From IMG/VR virus record IMGVR_UViG_3300028400_000003, positions 1 to 64,000 of that record: DNA of 64,000 bases. One strand, written 5' to 3'. The notes under the pieces are model-generated. The model made no database searches. It worked only from the letters and a program-made list of their open reading frames with translations, and was not told the origin of the DNA. This document shows positions 9,523 to 19,109 of the stretch, piece after piece. The first letter of the stretch is position 1, and each line of letters starts with the position of its first letter. Made by a program: the position numbers and the translations under genes. The DNA is from a virus.

Positions 9523-9909
9523 ATGCTGAAGAACATGGAACATATCAGAAGCGCGTTTGACAAGGCGATCAAGGAACGCATCGTGCCTGACTGGGAGGCG
9601 TTCGCGCGTGAGCATGGCGAGGGCGATGCGGAAATGCTGGCGCATGACCTCTACCGCTTCGATCCCCGCTGGTGCGATTGCCCGGAGGAGACGAAGGTCT
9701 GGATCAACGAGACGCTTGCTCGGGCTGCTCGCGAGTACCTGGAGGCGCTGAAAGCCAAGGCGCAAGCCAAGCCGCAACCGCAACCTGACTACCCGGAGGG
9801 GCGGGAGCTGGACTGCGGGCACGTGGTCTACTACAAAACTGACGTTATGCGGGCCAGCCTCGGGACCGTTTGCCCCGACTGCTACGATGACCCCCGCTGG
9901 AGCGGCTAG
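9523..9909 (+). CDS. early hypothetical protein with C-terminal Zn finger
   Basis: LDCGH...VCPDC. Confidence 0.6.
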   Translation: MLKNMEHIRSAFDKAIKERIVPDWEAFAREHGEGDAEMLAHDLYRFDPRWCDCPEETKVWINETLARAAREYLEALKAKAQAKPQPQPDYPEGRELDCGHVVYYKTDVMRASLGTVCPDCYDDPRWSG

Positions 9910-9910
9910 C

Positions 9911-10204
9911 ATGGAAAGGCCGCTGATCGTCACACGACACCCCGCCCTCGTTGAGTATCTACGGGAGCTTGCGCCGAGCCTCCACGAGGCCGAAGTGCGA
10001 ACCCACGTGACGGAAGACGACGTGCGGGGCCGGGTGGTGTTTGGAACGCTGCCGCTTCATCTGGCAGCCCTTGCGGAAAAGGTAGTCGTGGTGCCGCTAA
10101 ACCTTCCTTACGAACTGCGGGGTAAGGAGCTAAGCCTGGAGCAGGTTCGCCAGTATGCGGGCAAACTTGAAGTCTATGTGGTGCAGAAGGAGGCGGTGGA
10201 ATGA
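9911..10204 (+). CDS. csx16: Csx16-like (Cas_VVA1548) protein, candidate viral ring nuclease
   Basis: IVTRHPALVEYL, VFGTLPLHLAA, L.LPYELRGKELSLEQ...Y.V match the Csx16 family pattern. Confidence 0.75.
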   Translation: MERPLIVTRHPALVEYLRELAPSLHEAEVRTHVTEDDVRGRVVFGTLPLHLAALAEKVVVVPLNLPYELRGKELSLEQVRQYAGKLEVYVVQKEAVE

Positions 10205-10560
10205 GCACCAAACAAGCAACGCAGATCGAGTGGATGGCCAGCTTTTTCTACAAGACCGTGGCGAGGGCGTGGTTGCACCTCTACCTTGCTGAGAGGAGCG
10301 TGGGCCTCGCCATCACAAACGGCGCTGCGGAGGAGGCCGTTCACATCAGCTTTGCTAGGCTAGCCCTCAAGCATGCGGAGATGGAGGTGGACAACGCACG
10401 GGTCATCATGAACGACCTGGTAGGGCTGATGAAGGAGCGGTCATGGGCGAAAGAGGAACGGGCCGAGGTGGAGGGTGTTTTCTATCAGCTAAGCGGTGCG
10501 TTCAGCAATTTAAAGCGGCGCGTGGCGCAGGTAGGGGGAGGTGATGGTGGTGAGCGGTAA
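10201..10560 (+). CDS. helical hypothetical protein
   Basis: ATGA coupling, GGAGG RBS. Confidence 0.55.
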   Translation: MSTKQATQIEWMASFFYKTVARAWLHLYLAERSVGLAITNGAAEEAVHISFARLALKHAEMEVDNARVIMNDLVGLMKERSWAKEERAEVEGVFYQLSGAFSNLKRRVAQVGGGDGGER

Positions 10561-10762
10561 GCACACGATCAAAGAGCTAATGGAGTTGTGGCAGGAGTAC
10601 AACCGTAAGCGTGACGAGTATGGCCGTCTGAGGTTCGGCCAATTCGTGTGCAACAGGTTCGGCTGGAGCGGGCGGGATAGGCTGTTCTACACCACGGACA
10701 ACAACGATGCCTTTAGAATGGCCTATGAAATTCTTCAAGGCGAAAAGGAGGTAGGCTGGTGA
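10541..10762 (+). CDS. hypothetical protein
   Basis: LRFGQF.CN...LFY motif, recalled from small phage proteins. Confidence 0.55.
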   Translation: MMVVSGKHTIKELMELWQEYNRKRDEYGRLRFGQFVCNRFGWSGRDRLFYTTDNNDAFRMAYEILQGEKEVGW

Positions 10763-11442
10763 GTGAGCCGATCAAGGACCACGTAGTGTTTTTCGACATC
10801 GAGACCGTTCCCTCGACGGATGAGGAGGTGCGGCGTGCGGCCCATGCACGGGCGACCCGCATTGCTGAAGGCAAAGGGGAGGAGGCCCCAACAGAAGAAG
10901 AGGCGATCCAGCGCTTCGCCATGAGCAATGGAATTTACAACGAGATTGTCAGTATCGCATGGGCCAAGGGCGAGGGAGAGGTACAGGTGGCCACGGCCAA
11001 GGACTTTGAAGAGGTTAGCCTGCTCACCATGTTCGCCACCGCGTTGGGCAACCCCAAGCGCGTGTTCCTGGTAGGCTACAACATCTTCGCCTTCGACCTG
11101 AAGGTCATGTTCCAGAGGGCGGTCATCCTTGGCGGCCCCAGTCATCCGGAGTTTGAAAACCTGTTCAAGGTCCTGCCCAAGCCATCGGTTGCGCCCTGGC
11201 AGGCCGGTAACGCGCTCGATCTGGCCACCTACTGGAACGGCGTTGCCGGTATCAAGGCCCCACTCTATGATCTGGCCGTTGGTTTGGGGCTGGTCAGTTA
11301 CGATGAGGCGGCGCGATACGACAACGGGGCCGACGTGGCCGGGTTCGTGCGGGATGGGGAGTGGAACAAGCTCCGCGAACACAACGCCTTTGACGTGCAC
11401 ATCACCCGCGAAATTTACCGGCGCGTGGTGCTCGGGGGTTAG
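10759..11442 (+). CDS. DEDD 3'-5' exonuclease (PolB-related)
   Basis: ExoI FDIET, ExoII GYN..FDL, ExoIII HN..DV. Confidence 0.85.
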   Translation: MSEPIKDHVVFFDIETVPSTDEEVRRAAHARATRIAEGKGEEAPTEEEAIQRFAMSNGIYNEIVSIAWAKGEGEVQVATAKDFEEVSLLTMFATALGNPKRVFLVGYNIFAFDLKVMFQRAVILGGPSHPEFENLFKVLPKPSVAPWQAGNALDLATYWNGVAGIKAPLYDLAVGLGLVSYDEAARYDNGADVAGFVRDGEWNKLREHNAFDVHITREIYRRVVLGG

Positions 11443-11443
11443 G

Positions 11444-11839
11444 GTGTCGCAGGTAGTGGTCAGGACCGAAATATGCGACATGGTGCTGCATCGAGAGCAG
11501 CGCTCGAAGGCCCGCAAGCGTCACCGGTGCACGTCCTGCGACGGCCCGATTCCACCGGGAGCCACTTACACGAGGCACGGGGTGCTTGAGCGGGCGGATG
11601 GCAGGTGGCATACCTATAAGGTTTGCGGCCGCTGCGAGGAGCTTTTCTACTGGAACCTTGACCAGGGGGCTTATGCCTGCGAAACGAGCTTTACCGATCC
11701 CGTAGAAGACTTTTTCGACAGCTACACAAAGGGAGACCTGCCCATGTTGGCCCGTAGCGCTATGCCCCGCGATCTGGCCAACTGGTTGGCGAGGTTATGC
11801 GGGACTACACTAGCAAGGCTTGAGAAAGGAGAGGAATGA
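11444..11839 (+). CDS. Zn-finger protein
   Basis: KARKRHRCTSC..I.PG..Y...C..C. Confidence 0.6.
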   Translation: MSQVVVRTEICDMVLHREQRSKARKRHRCTSCDGPIPPGATYTRHGVLERADGRWHTYKVCGRCEELFYWNLDQGAYACETSFTDPVEDFFDSYTKGDLPMLARSAMPRDLANWLARLCGTTLARLEKGEE

Positions 11840-12129
11840 GCAAGCCCAACGCGCAAGGCAGAAGGGGGATGACCATGAGCGTATCCGTGACCATCGAGGT
11901 GGGACCGCTGGCAGAGCCGCTTGGCAGGCAGCTTGAACAGAAAGGCATTGCCTACAACCGCAAGGGCGTGGCGGCGCTGGAAAAAGACCTTGAAGCGGTT
12001 CACCGGCTCAAGGTTCGTGGTTATCTGAACGATCAGACGGTAGCCTCCATCGAGGAAGAGATCGTCACGGAGAGGCTTGGCGGGGAAGTTTACACCGGCG
12101 AGGAGGAGGCGAAAAATGGAAAAGCCTGA
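11836..12129 (+). CDS. hypothetical protein
   Basis: Coupled ORF with RBS. Confidence 0.5.
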   Translation: MSKPNAQGRRGMTMSVSVTIEVGPLAEPLGRQLEQKGIAYNRKGVAALEKDLEAVHRLKVRGYLNDQTVASIEEEIVTERLGGEVYTGEEEAKNGKA

Positions 12130-12823
12130 CGCTCACACTTTGATCAAGCAGTTTCGCGAGGTCTACCCGATCCTGATCGAGACACAGATGCTACTCGATG
12201 CTCCGCGCATGGGCAACCCGCCGCCAGAATCCCTTCTCCGCGTGGCCCTGCTTGCTGAGATCGGGGAGATGCTGAATGCCCTAAAGCCTAGATGGGCATG
12301 GTGGAAGCGGCGGGACAAGACCTTTGAAGAGGGTGACGTGTTAGGCGAGTTGGCGGACATAATGCACTTCGCGCTTGGTCTCGACGTTCGTGTGCTTCAC
12401 TCGATCTACGCAGAGGCCGCGGTCGGGCATGGAAAGCACCCCGTAACGCTCAGCGGTTTTACCTTTGCCCATGCTAAGCCGCACATCGGCCTTCTCCTAG
12501 ATCACTACGCCGATGAAGGTCCGGCTCGCCGGTTGCTCGATTCCGCCATCGGAGAGTATGAAGCCTGCCTCGACGGGCTCGATGAAGGGCCGTGCGACAT
12601 CGTGGCGGAGCTGCTTTACAGGGGGTGGTTTACCTTTGATACCGCACCCTACATGCGCCTTCACTCCTACAGGACTTATGTTGAGATGATCGTTATGGCC
12701 GGGTTTAGCGTCGAGCGCCTGGTAGACGCTTATTTTAACAAAGCCCGGGAGAACATGGGGCGGTGGGAGCGTGACCCCAAGCAGGTTGACGAGGTGCTGA
12801 GGAGAGGGGCGGGCCATGAGTGA
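12116..12823 (+). CDS. dimeric (all-alpha) dUTPase-like protein
   Basis: EIGEMLN...WAWWK, ELADIMHF, Y..K...N..R. Confidence 0.8.
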   Translation: MEKPDAHTLIKQFREVYPILIETQMLLDAPRMGNPPPESLLRVALLAEIGEMLNALKPRWAWWKRRDKTFEEGDVLGELADIMHFALGLDVRVLHSIYAEAAVGHGKHPVTLSGFTFAHAKPHIGLLLDHYADEGPARRLLDSAIGEYEACLDGLDEGPCDIVAELLYRGWFTFDTAPYMRLHSYRTYVEMIVMAGFSVERLVDAYFNKARENMGRWERDPKQVDEVLRRGAGHE

Positions 12824-12982
12824 CGTGGACAAGAAGCTCAAGAAGTTGCGTGAGCAGATCGCGCGGCTTGAGCGTAAGCTTACTGAACTAGAGGGTGCGC
12901 TGGAGGAGGTCAGGGGCTCTCCACGGAAAACCGATGGGGCGAAGAAGGAGCCACGGGTGCCCGTCAAAACCTACAAAGAGTA

Positions 12983-13300
12983 TTGATCATGCTCAAGGCG
13001 TATTGGGTTGGCCCGCCGCCTCACTCGCCTATCTCTCCAGGCCATCTGATTTGGGCCGATGGAGAGCGCAAGGCCCGGCTTTTGTTTGCTCAACACGTGG
13101 AGTGGGCGGATGAGATTGCCTTCATGTATCCACCCTACATCAGCGCGAGGGCATGGCGGGCACCGGGCTATGACGGCATGGTGACAATGGCGATGCTATC
13201 GGATGACGTGGTGTACGTAGGGTCTGATGGCGTAGTCCCTAGTCATGACTTCTTGCGCGAGGTCGGGGCCTTTTCCGACGCGCTCGAGTCCCTCGATTGA
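12983..13300 (+). CDS. hypothetical protein
   Basis: ORF track. Confidence 0.45.
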   Translation: MIMLKAYWVGPPPHSPISPGHLIWADGERKARLLFAQHVEWADEIAFMYPPYISARAWRAPGYDGMVTMAMLSDDVVYVGSDGVVPSHDFLREVGAFSDALESLD

Positions 13301-13305
13301 ATTGC

Positions 13306-13334
13306 TTGACAAATAGCGTAATACCCTATATAAT
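13306..13334 (+). promoter_or_regulatory. promoter, leaderless transcript
   Basis: TTGACA-17-TATAAT, 6 nt before the ATG, no SD. Confidence 0.85.
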
Positions 13335-13340
13335 GCAGGC

Positions 13341-14630
13341 ATGGAACCGAAGGCGATCTACCTGGTAGGCGGAGCGGTGAGGGATGTACTGCTTGGTCGC
13401 CCGGTAAGCGACCTGGACCTGCTGGTAGAGGGGTTCAGTCAAGACGAGCTTAAAGCGACGCTCGGGGAGCCCAACGGCAAGAGCTTTCCCGTGTGGCGGT
13501 ACGGACCTTTTGAAGTGGCCGCCGCCAGGTTGGAAAGAAAGACCGGCGCGGGTCACAAAGGGTTCAGCGTCGAATGGGGAGAGCACGTGACCGCCAGGCA
13601 GGAGCTTGGCCGTCGCGACTTTACCGTCAACGCGCTGGCCCTGCTGATCTGGTCAGGCAACGGCGGCATGCCTAGCGTGAGAACACTAGAGGCTATCACG
13701 GCCGCCGCTATCGTTGATCTGAGCAAGCACGGCCGCAACGCCGTTGGCCTCCTGAACCCGTTTGGGGGACTCGAGGATTTGCTGGATCACAAGGTGCTCA
13801 GGGCCACGAACCGCAAGGCGTTCCGGGAAGACCCGTTACGGGTGCTGCGTCTGGCCCGCTTCGCGGCGCGGTGGCCCTGGATGAGCCTGGACGAGTGGAC
13901 GGTCGAGGCCGCCCGCAACGCGGTGCACGAGCTTAAAACCCTGCCTGCTGAGCGGGTGTGGAACGAGTGGGTTAAAGCCAGCAAGACCCGCCGCCCCGAC
14001 CGCTTCTTCCAAGTGCTTGACCAGGTGGGGGCGCTTGAGCACCTGCCAGGCTTCGCTTGGTTGAAAAGGGCTAAGCAGCTGACCCCGCCGAACCACTCGG
14101 AGAGTCTGTTTGACCACTCACTGCGTACCCTCCGGGCGGCGCGGCGGCTCGTTGGCGTGGACGTGGCCCTGCTGTCTGCGGCCCTTTGGCATGATCGGGG
14201 TAAGCTGGCGGGGTCGGTTGGGCATGACCGCCACGGGGTGGAAATGGCCCTCGAAGACCTCGACGCGCTCAAGGCTCCGCGCAACGTTCGGCGAACCGTA
14301 GCTACGTGGGTCCGTAACCATATGCGGGTTTGGGATGCCAAGCGGGCGGGCAAGTTGGTTCGGTTGGCCGCTGACCTGGATCGAGCGGGGTTTGACCCTA
14401 ACCTTGTTACGCGCATGGCGGCTGCGGATAGCCTGGGAAGCACCAAGCGTAAAAGCGACGCGCGGGCGATCTGCAAGATGCACCGCCGCCTTGCCCTGGC
14501 GTTCAAGTCGCTTAGTGCGGTGCGTGGTGACGACCCGGCCCTGGATGGAGTCAGTGGTCAGGATGTAGGGGTCAAGCTGCTAGGGCTTCGTGCTCACTGG
14601 TTGTCACGCAGAATGAGGGGAAGGCTATGA
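13341..14630 (+). CDS. cca: tRNA nucleotidyltransferase (CCA-adding, class II) with HD domain
   Basis: VGGAVRD..LG..DLDL, RRDFTVNA, EDPLRVLR, ER.W.E, H...HD.GK. Confidence 0.9.
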   Translation: MEPKAIYLVGGAVRDVLLGRPVSDLDLLVEGFSQDELKATLGEPNGKSFPVWRYGPFEVAAARLERKTGAGHKGFSVEWGEHVTARQELGRRDFTVNALALLIWSGNGGMPSVRTLEAITAAAIVDLSKHGRNAVGLLNPFGGLEDLLDHKVLRATNRKAFREDPLRVLRLARFAARWPWMSLDEWTVEAARNAVHELKTLPAERVWNEWVKASKTRRPDRFFQVLDQVGALEHLPGFAWLKRAKQLTPPNHSESLFDHSLRTLRAARRLVGVDVALLSAALWHDRGKLAGSVGHDRHGVEMALEDLDALKAPRNVRRTVATWVRNHMRVWDAKRAGKLVRLAADLDRAGFDPNLVTRMAAADSLGSTKRKSDARAICKMHRRLALAFKSLSAVRGDDPALDGVSGQDVGVKLLGLRAHWLSRRMRGRL

Positions 14631-14893
14631 CCTATTTCATGGCGTGTGAAGAGGTGTTGGACAAGCCGGCCTTCCTTGAAGGGGCTAAGGGAGGCTACTA
14701 CCGCGCCTTCGTTACGGCCGAGGCGCTGCTGGCCAGTTTCCAGGGCTCCGATGATACTCCTGTAGCCCTGTTTGACGGTAACGCTAAGCGTGATCCAGAG
14801 GGCGGCGCTGATGGGATGGTGCTGGTCTGGCCGGTTCGCCTGCTGGGTTGGACTACGGTTAGTGACCTGCGGGGTAAGGTAAAGCGGCGCTAG
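14627..14893 (+). CDS. hypothetical protein
   Basis: ATGA coupling. Confidence 0.45.
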   Translation: MTYFMACEEVLDKPAFLEGAKGGYYRAFVTAEALLASFQGSDDTPVALFDGNAKRDPEGGADGMVLVWPVRLLGWTTVSDLRGKVKRR

Positions 14894-14954
14894 GTGTACG
14901 GCATTTTGCCGCACATTTAAAAGTTTGACCGGGTACAAACATGGTTTATTGCGC

Positions 14955-15000
14955 TTGACAAATAGCGTAGTACCCTATATACTAAGGACAGGAGGTAGGC
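14955..15000 (+). promoter_or_regulatory. repeated promoter+RBS cassette
   Basis: TTGACAAATAGCGTAGTACCCTATATACTAAGGACAGGAGGTAGGC. Confidence 0.9.
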
Positions 15001-15001
15001 A

Positions 15002-15211
15002 ATGACTATGACTAAGGTTCAAATCGAAGCCCTTAAGACCGAAGCGATGATTAAAAGAGTCATTTACGAGGGCAAGCAAAAAACCCTCAAGGGCCTCTTG
15101 GACTACGGGTTTGAGGACCAGGAAGAAATCTCTGCCCTTCGGGCCGAGATCAAGGAGGCCATGCGCCAGTGGTTGGAAGCCGAAAAGGCGCTGAAGGAAG
15201 CTAAGCAATGA
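15002..15211 (+). CDS. early hypothetical protein
   Basis: After the cassette. Confidence 0.6.
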   Translation: MTMTKVQIEALKTEAMIKRVIYEGKQKTLKGLLDYGFEDQEEISALRAEIKEAMRQWLEAEKALKEAKQ

Positions 15212-15402
15212 CCAGGGCGGAGGCCGGTTTTAAGGCCGTTAAGGCCCTCGTTGAATGCGGCCGCAAGGAAGAAGCGGAGGCGCTGATGGACCTTCTGCAA
15301 TACGATAGCGTGTTTGACGCTATCTATTCCCTTGCGGAGCGTTCAGGACGGTACAAGGTGACGCTCAAGGCTGAGGACGACGCGGAGGCTGCCCTGCTCT
15401 AG
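15208..15402 (+). CDS. hypothetical protein
   Basis: ATGA coupling. Confidence 0.5.
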   Translation: MTRAEAGFKAVKALVECGRKEEAEALMDLLQYDSVFDAIYSLAERSGRYKVTLKAEDDAEAALL

Positions 15403-15419
15403 GGCGCATAGGGGGTTCC

Positions 15420-16076
15420 ATGAAAAAGCCTGTGGTAGTGGTTCAAGACGCTGAGGTGCTGGCCGAGGCTGGAAAACGCAGCATAGACGTACTCGCCCTT
15501 GGAGGGCGTATCCTCTGCATTGCCGATCCGGAAACCAGCATCGAGGTTGCGGCCTCCCTCGCCATGAGCGTGTACCTGCGTGACGTATCCACTAAGGGAG
15601 CGGATGCCAAGGTCTACAGCGCCATAGTGGCCGGACGACATGAACAGGGGTTCGTGGTTGCGGTCCTCGACCTACTCCCCTGGATCGGCTATCAGATCAT
15701 GACCGCCCTTGACAAGGGCGACAGTGGAATCATCGCCAGTACGGCCGTCAACGAGATGGCGCTCGCGGTATGGTCCGAGGTTACCTTTCAGCAGGTCGAA
15801 GAGTTCCAGGGGTGGATGGGTCTCGCAGCCGGTATCAAGGGCGGCGAAGCCAAAGCCATGTCTCCAGGATGGCTTAAGCCGTATATTGAATTCGCCGAAC
15901 ACGTGCGGTTCACCGGTAAGCTGGTTGGTCATCCGGCCTCGATCCTGTACACCCTGGGGCGCAACCCCGTTGCTGGTATCAAGGCTTTGGAGATGCTGGT
16001 TGATCATCTGATGAAGCAGCAAGGGGACGAGAAAGAGGATGGAGGCTTTGACGTGACGAAGGGGCTGAAGGCTTAG
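15420..16076 (+). CDS. hypothetical protein
   Basis: 218-aa ORF with RBS. Confidence 0.55.
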   Translation: MKKPVVVVQDAEVLAEAGKRSIDVLALGGRILCIADPETSIEVAASLAMSVYLRDVSTKGADAKVYSAIVAGRHEQGFVVAVLDLLPWIGYQIMTALDKGDSGIIASTAVNEMALAVWSEVTFQQVEEFQGWMGLAAGIKGGEAKAMSPGWLKPYIEFAEHVRFTGKLVGHPASILYTLGRNPVAGIKALEMLVDHLMKQQGDEKEDGGFDVTKGLKA

Positions 16077-16129
16077 CAGCCCAGCCTCCAGCGAAAAATT
16101 TGACCCGGTTCAGTCTTTGCCGTGTACCC

Positions 16130-16158
16130 TTGACATATATGGCAATGCCATATATACT
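16130..16158 (+). promoter_or_regulatory. promoter, leaderless transcript
   Basis: TTGACA-17-TATACT, 6 nt before ATG 16165. Confidence 0.85.
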
Positions 16159-16164
16159 TAAGGC

Positions 16165-16569
16165 ATGAAAACCCTGACCCTTCACCCCACTACCGGCCCC
16201 AAGACCAAAGCCACTATGGAAGCCAGGATCAGCTTTGACTGGGCCTGGGACCTGGTTCGTAAGTTCGCGAACAAGGCCGAAGGCGTCGGGCCGTTCATCG
16301 GCACGCGCATTCTCGATGAGATCATCATCGGGAACGCCGAGGCCGACGCGGATGCGGACACGCTCGCGGACCGGGCCTTTAGCGCCTGGGAGTCTGGGGC
16401 TGATTGGGCTTTGCACCTTACGGTGCTGGGTGCCCTTCAGCAGCTCCACAAGGCGAAGGCGCGGCCGAAGGACGGCGTTATCACGCTGCGGCTGCGTAAG
16501 GACTACACGCCCATCGAGTACGGTTTCGGCGCGGAGCCAGGACGCTGGCACAAGGCGGCCGGTGCTTAG
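16165..16569 (+). CDS. monocistronic early hypothetical protein
   Basis: Has its own promoter and terminator. Confidence 0.65.
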   Translation: MKTLTLHPTTGPKTKATMEARISFDWAWDLVRKFANKAEGVGPFIGTRILDEIIIGNAEADADADTLADRAFSAWESGADWALHLTVLGALQQLHKAKARPKDGVITLRLRKDYTPIEYGFGAEPGRWHKAAGA

Positions 16570-16584
16570 ACCCGACGTGGTGCG

Positions 16585-16618
16585 GGTGCCACCTGGAAGC
16601 GGGTGGCACCTTTCTTTT
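16585..16618 (+). terminator. intrinsic terminator
   Basis: GGTGCCACCT-loop-GGGTGGCACC-TTTCTTTT. Confidence 0.8.
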
Positions 16619-16660
16619 CCGTCTGAAAGTTTGATCGGGTACAAAGATGGCCCTATGTGC

Positions 16661-16705
16661 TTGACAAATAGCGTAGTACCCTATATACTAAGAACAGGAG
16701 GTAGG
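16661..16705 (+). promoter_or_regulatory. repeated promoter+RBS cassette
   Basis: Near-identical to the 14955 copy. Confidence 0.9.
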
Positions 16706-16707
16706 AC

Positions 16708-17157
16708 ATGAGCATCATCGCTTTCGGACAGAACGGACAAGCAAAACTGGCCTGGGCTTTCAACGTAGCGCTTCACGCTCACGACATGAGCATCACGGTT
16801 AAGGTTCCGAAGGGGGCGGAAGCTGCCCTGGAAAACCTGGTTGGCGTTGAGGTGCGTAATGGTTGGGCGCGGTTCAACCGTTATGACGATCTGGCCAAGC
16901 TGGTTGCGCTGGCCAATCTGGACAGCTACCGCCAGCGCTACGGTGAGGATGCCGGCGAGTACCACAAGGGCTACCTCACCGCTACCTCGGACGAGACGAC
17001 GGATGAGGAAAAGCTGGCGTGGAGCGTGTTGAGCCGCTACCGGAACAACATCTACCGCGAGGCCCTTAACGGCCTGGGAGCAGTAGCCCTTGACGCGCTG
17101 AACAAGGCCATGCACGCTATCGCCGAGGCTAAGCTTTACGCCTACGTGGAGATGTAA
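16708..17157 (+). CDS. early hypothetical protein
   Basis: After the cassette. Confidence 0.6.
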   Translation: MSIIAFGQNGQAKLAWAFNVALHAHDMSITVKVPKGAEAALENLVGVEVRNGWARFNRYDDLAKLVALANLDSYRQRYGEDAGEYHKGYLTATSDETTDEEKLAWSVLSRYRNNIYREALNGLGAVALDALNKAMHAIAEAKLYAYVEM

Positions 17158-17171
17158 ACAAGGAGGGCGGA

Positions 17172-17486
17172 ATGGGACGGTTTGAAACGAAGTACGGCGA
17201 AGTGGTGACCGGATACGACTCGGAGCTTGGTTACTATGCCGAGCTTCTGGACGAGGGGGGCGCGGTGATCGAGCAGGCAACCCGGGCCAAAAGCGAAGAG
17301 GAGGCCTTTGCCTTGCTCGTCAAGAAGGCGGGCCAGAGGGGGCGCAAGGCCAAGCGGGAGCTGCTGGAAGAGTACACCATGTGGCTCCTGAAGGCCGGGG
17401 TGCTCGACGGCTACACCGGCGAAGAGCTTAAGGGGCTGATCGAGGAGTTCCTGAAGCCGGTGAAAGGTAAGGGGTGGCCCAAGTGA
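17172..17486 (+). CDS. hypothetical protein
   Basis: AGGAGG RBS. Confidence 0.6.
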   Translation: MGRFETKYGEVVTGYDSELGYYAELLDEGGAVIEQATRAKSEEEAFALLVKKAGQRGRKAKRELLEEYTMWLLKAGVLDGYTGEELKGLIEEFLKPVKGKGWPK

Positions 17487-17854
17487 GCGCCAGCGCTGCG
17501 GTCTTGGAGGCCGCGCTGGAGTTGCAAACAAAGGTCAACGGCCTGATGCTGGCCGCCCTGTACACCAAGGATGCCAAGATCATCGAGACGATGAGCCGGT
17601 ATGCCGAAACCACAACCCACCTGATCCGGGCCTACGTTCAATACGCATGGGGACCAATGCCCCATATCAACGCTGGTAAGACTTCAACGCCGCAGGCGGT
17701 CAAGGACTCACTCAACCGCTTCCTTGAGCGGTGCGAAGCCAATGGAGATGACGTCCGTAAAGGTATCGCAGAAGCCATTCTGCGAACCGTTGTCGAGATG
17801 GTCATGGAAATGGCCCGGTTTAATCTGGAAAGGGGAGACGATGAATCAGTTTGA
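17474..17854 (+). CDS. hypothetical protein
   Basis: Operon packing. Confidence 0.5.
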   Translation: MAQVSASAAVLEAALELQTKVNGLMLAALYTKDAKIIETMSRYAETTTHLIRAYVQYAWGPMPHINAGKTSTPQAVKDSLNRFLERCEANGDDVRKGIAEAILRTVVEMVMEMARFNLERGDDESV

Positions 17855-18098
17855 TATCGAGTTGCGGGTTCATGCGTTTACTGTACCGGACGATGTGGTT
17901 GTGATTTTTACCAACGTGCCTACGCTAGTGGATGGCGATGGCGAGGTGGTTGGGTTCGATCCGGATGTTGCTGAGAACCTTACTCACCTGATGGCCCTCA
18001 CCAAAGCCTATAAAGGGTGCAAGTTTGTTTGCATAGACTACCAGACGGAAGACGCCTACGGATTGGTAAAGGTGCATGGTTGCCGTGAAACCGCTTGA
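17841..18098 (+). CDS. hypothetical protein
   Basis: GGGGAG RBS. Confidence 0.5.
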   Translation: MNQFDIELRVHAFTVPDDVVVIFTNVPTLVDGDGEVVGFDPDVAENLTHLMALTKAYKGCKFVCIDYQTEDAYGLVKVHGCRETA

Positions 18099-18324
18099 TG
18101 GCTCCGAGTTTAACCTGTGTGACGAGCACAAAGGGGCCTATATGATCGAGGCCAGATACACGGTTTGCACTTCCTGCGGCGAGCCGGTGGACTACCTATG
18201 CATCTGGCACAACGGACACAAGCAAGTGGCCCAACCCGTGGACTGCTGGGGCAATGCCGAAGAGGTGTGCCCACATTGCGGCGAGGGTGGAAGATGGTGG
18301 AAGGAGGAGAGCGGTGAGGCTTGA
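18076..18324 (+). CDS. Zn-ribbon protein
   Basis: CTSC...VDC...CPHCG.GG.WW. Confidence 0.55.
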   Translation: MVAVKPLDGSEFNLCDEHKGAYMIEARYTVCTSCGEPVDYLCIWHNGHKQVAQPVDCWGNAEEVCPHCGEGGRWWKEESGEA

Positions 18325-18799
18325 TCCGATTGACGTAGAGGAACTTGGCGGGCTTGGCGTCGAAACCGACGGGTGCAAAGTCATCGAGGCATGGATGACA
18401 GACGTCACTCCAGAAAGCCATGATGCGGCTCGGGTGGCGCAATGGCTTATGAAGGATGCGACGGCCCGTGATCAACTACAGGACATGGCCTTCATGGAGC
18501 AGGTGCTTGGGATCGCCATTATGAGCCTGGCGGACAGCGGGCTCCCGTGGTGGTTTAGCAAGATCAGATGGGCGCTCCCCCAGCGGGTCAGGGTCTACCT
18601 GCTGTATGTGGATGGGTGCGAACAAAACGGCAACGAACCCACCTTCGAGCTATGGATTCAGATCGAAACCGGCGAAACGAGCGATCCAATCACCATGATC
18701 TCGGAGATTAAAGCCGAGGGCATGGATATCAAGGCGCTGGCCAACGACATCAACTTGAACCGCACCATTCCCTTTACCAACTTTGAGATGCTGGGATAG
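18314..18799 (+). CDS. hypothetical protein
   Basis: AGGAGG RBS. Confidence 0.5.
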   Translation: MRLDPIDVEELGGLGVETDGCKVIEAWMTDVTPESHDAARVAQWLMKDATARDQLQDMAFMEQVLGIAIMSLADSGLPWWFSKIRWALPQRVRVYLLYVDGCEQNGNEPTFELWIQIETGETSDPITMISEIKAEGMDIKALANDINLNRTIPFTNFEMLG

Positions 18800-18815
18800 A
18801 CGAAAGGAGAGGGCG

Positions 18816-19109
18816 ATGAAAGAGGTGCATTGCGTGGTTTGGGCCGATGGGTTGATTGAGATCATGGATGAGGAGCCAAAAGGCGGTATCTCAATTGCTG
18901 AGGCAGATCGAGCAACTATGGAGAGCGCTATCGCGGCCACCGCCCGCCTGGCGTATGACGGCGAAAACTGGATTGTGCCAGAAGTGCGGAGTGCGTGGTT
19001 GAGTGGCGAGGATAAGGTTAAGGCGCTCATTGCCTACCAGAACCGCCTCGCCAAAGCCATCGAGCGCATCCAGAAGGAGGCCATTCATGGCGGTGGAACA
19101 CCCGAGTAA
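18816..19109 (+). CDS. resembles the Mu-like 'host nuclease inhibitor' family
   Basis: VWADGLIEI....GG..IA.....I...AR.AYDG....VP.V pattern, recalled from memory. Confidence 0.45.
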   Translation: MKEVHCVVWADGLIEIMDEEPKGGISIAEADRATMESAIAATARLAYDGENWIVPEVRSAWLSGEDKVKALIAYQNRLAKAIERIQKEAIHGGGTPE

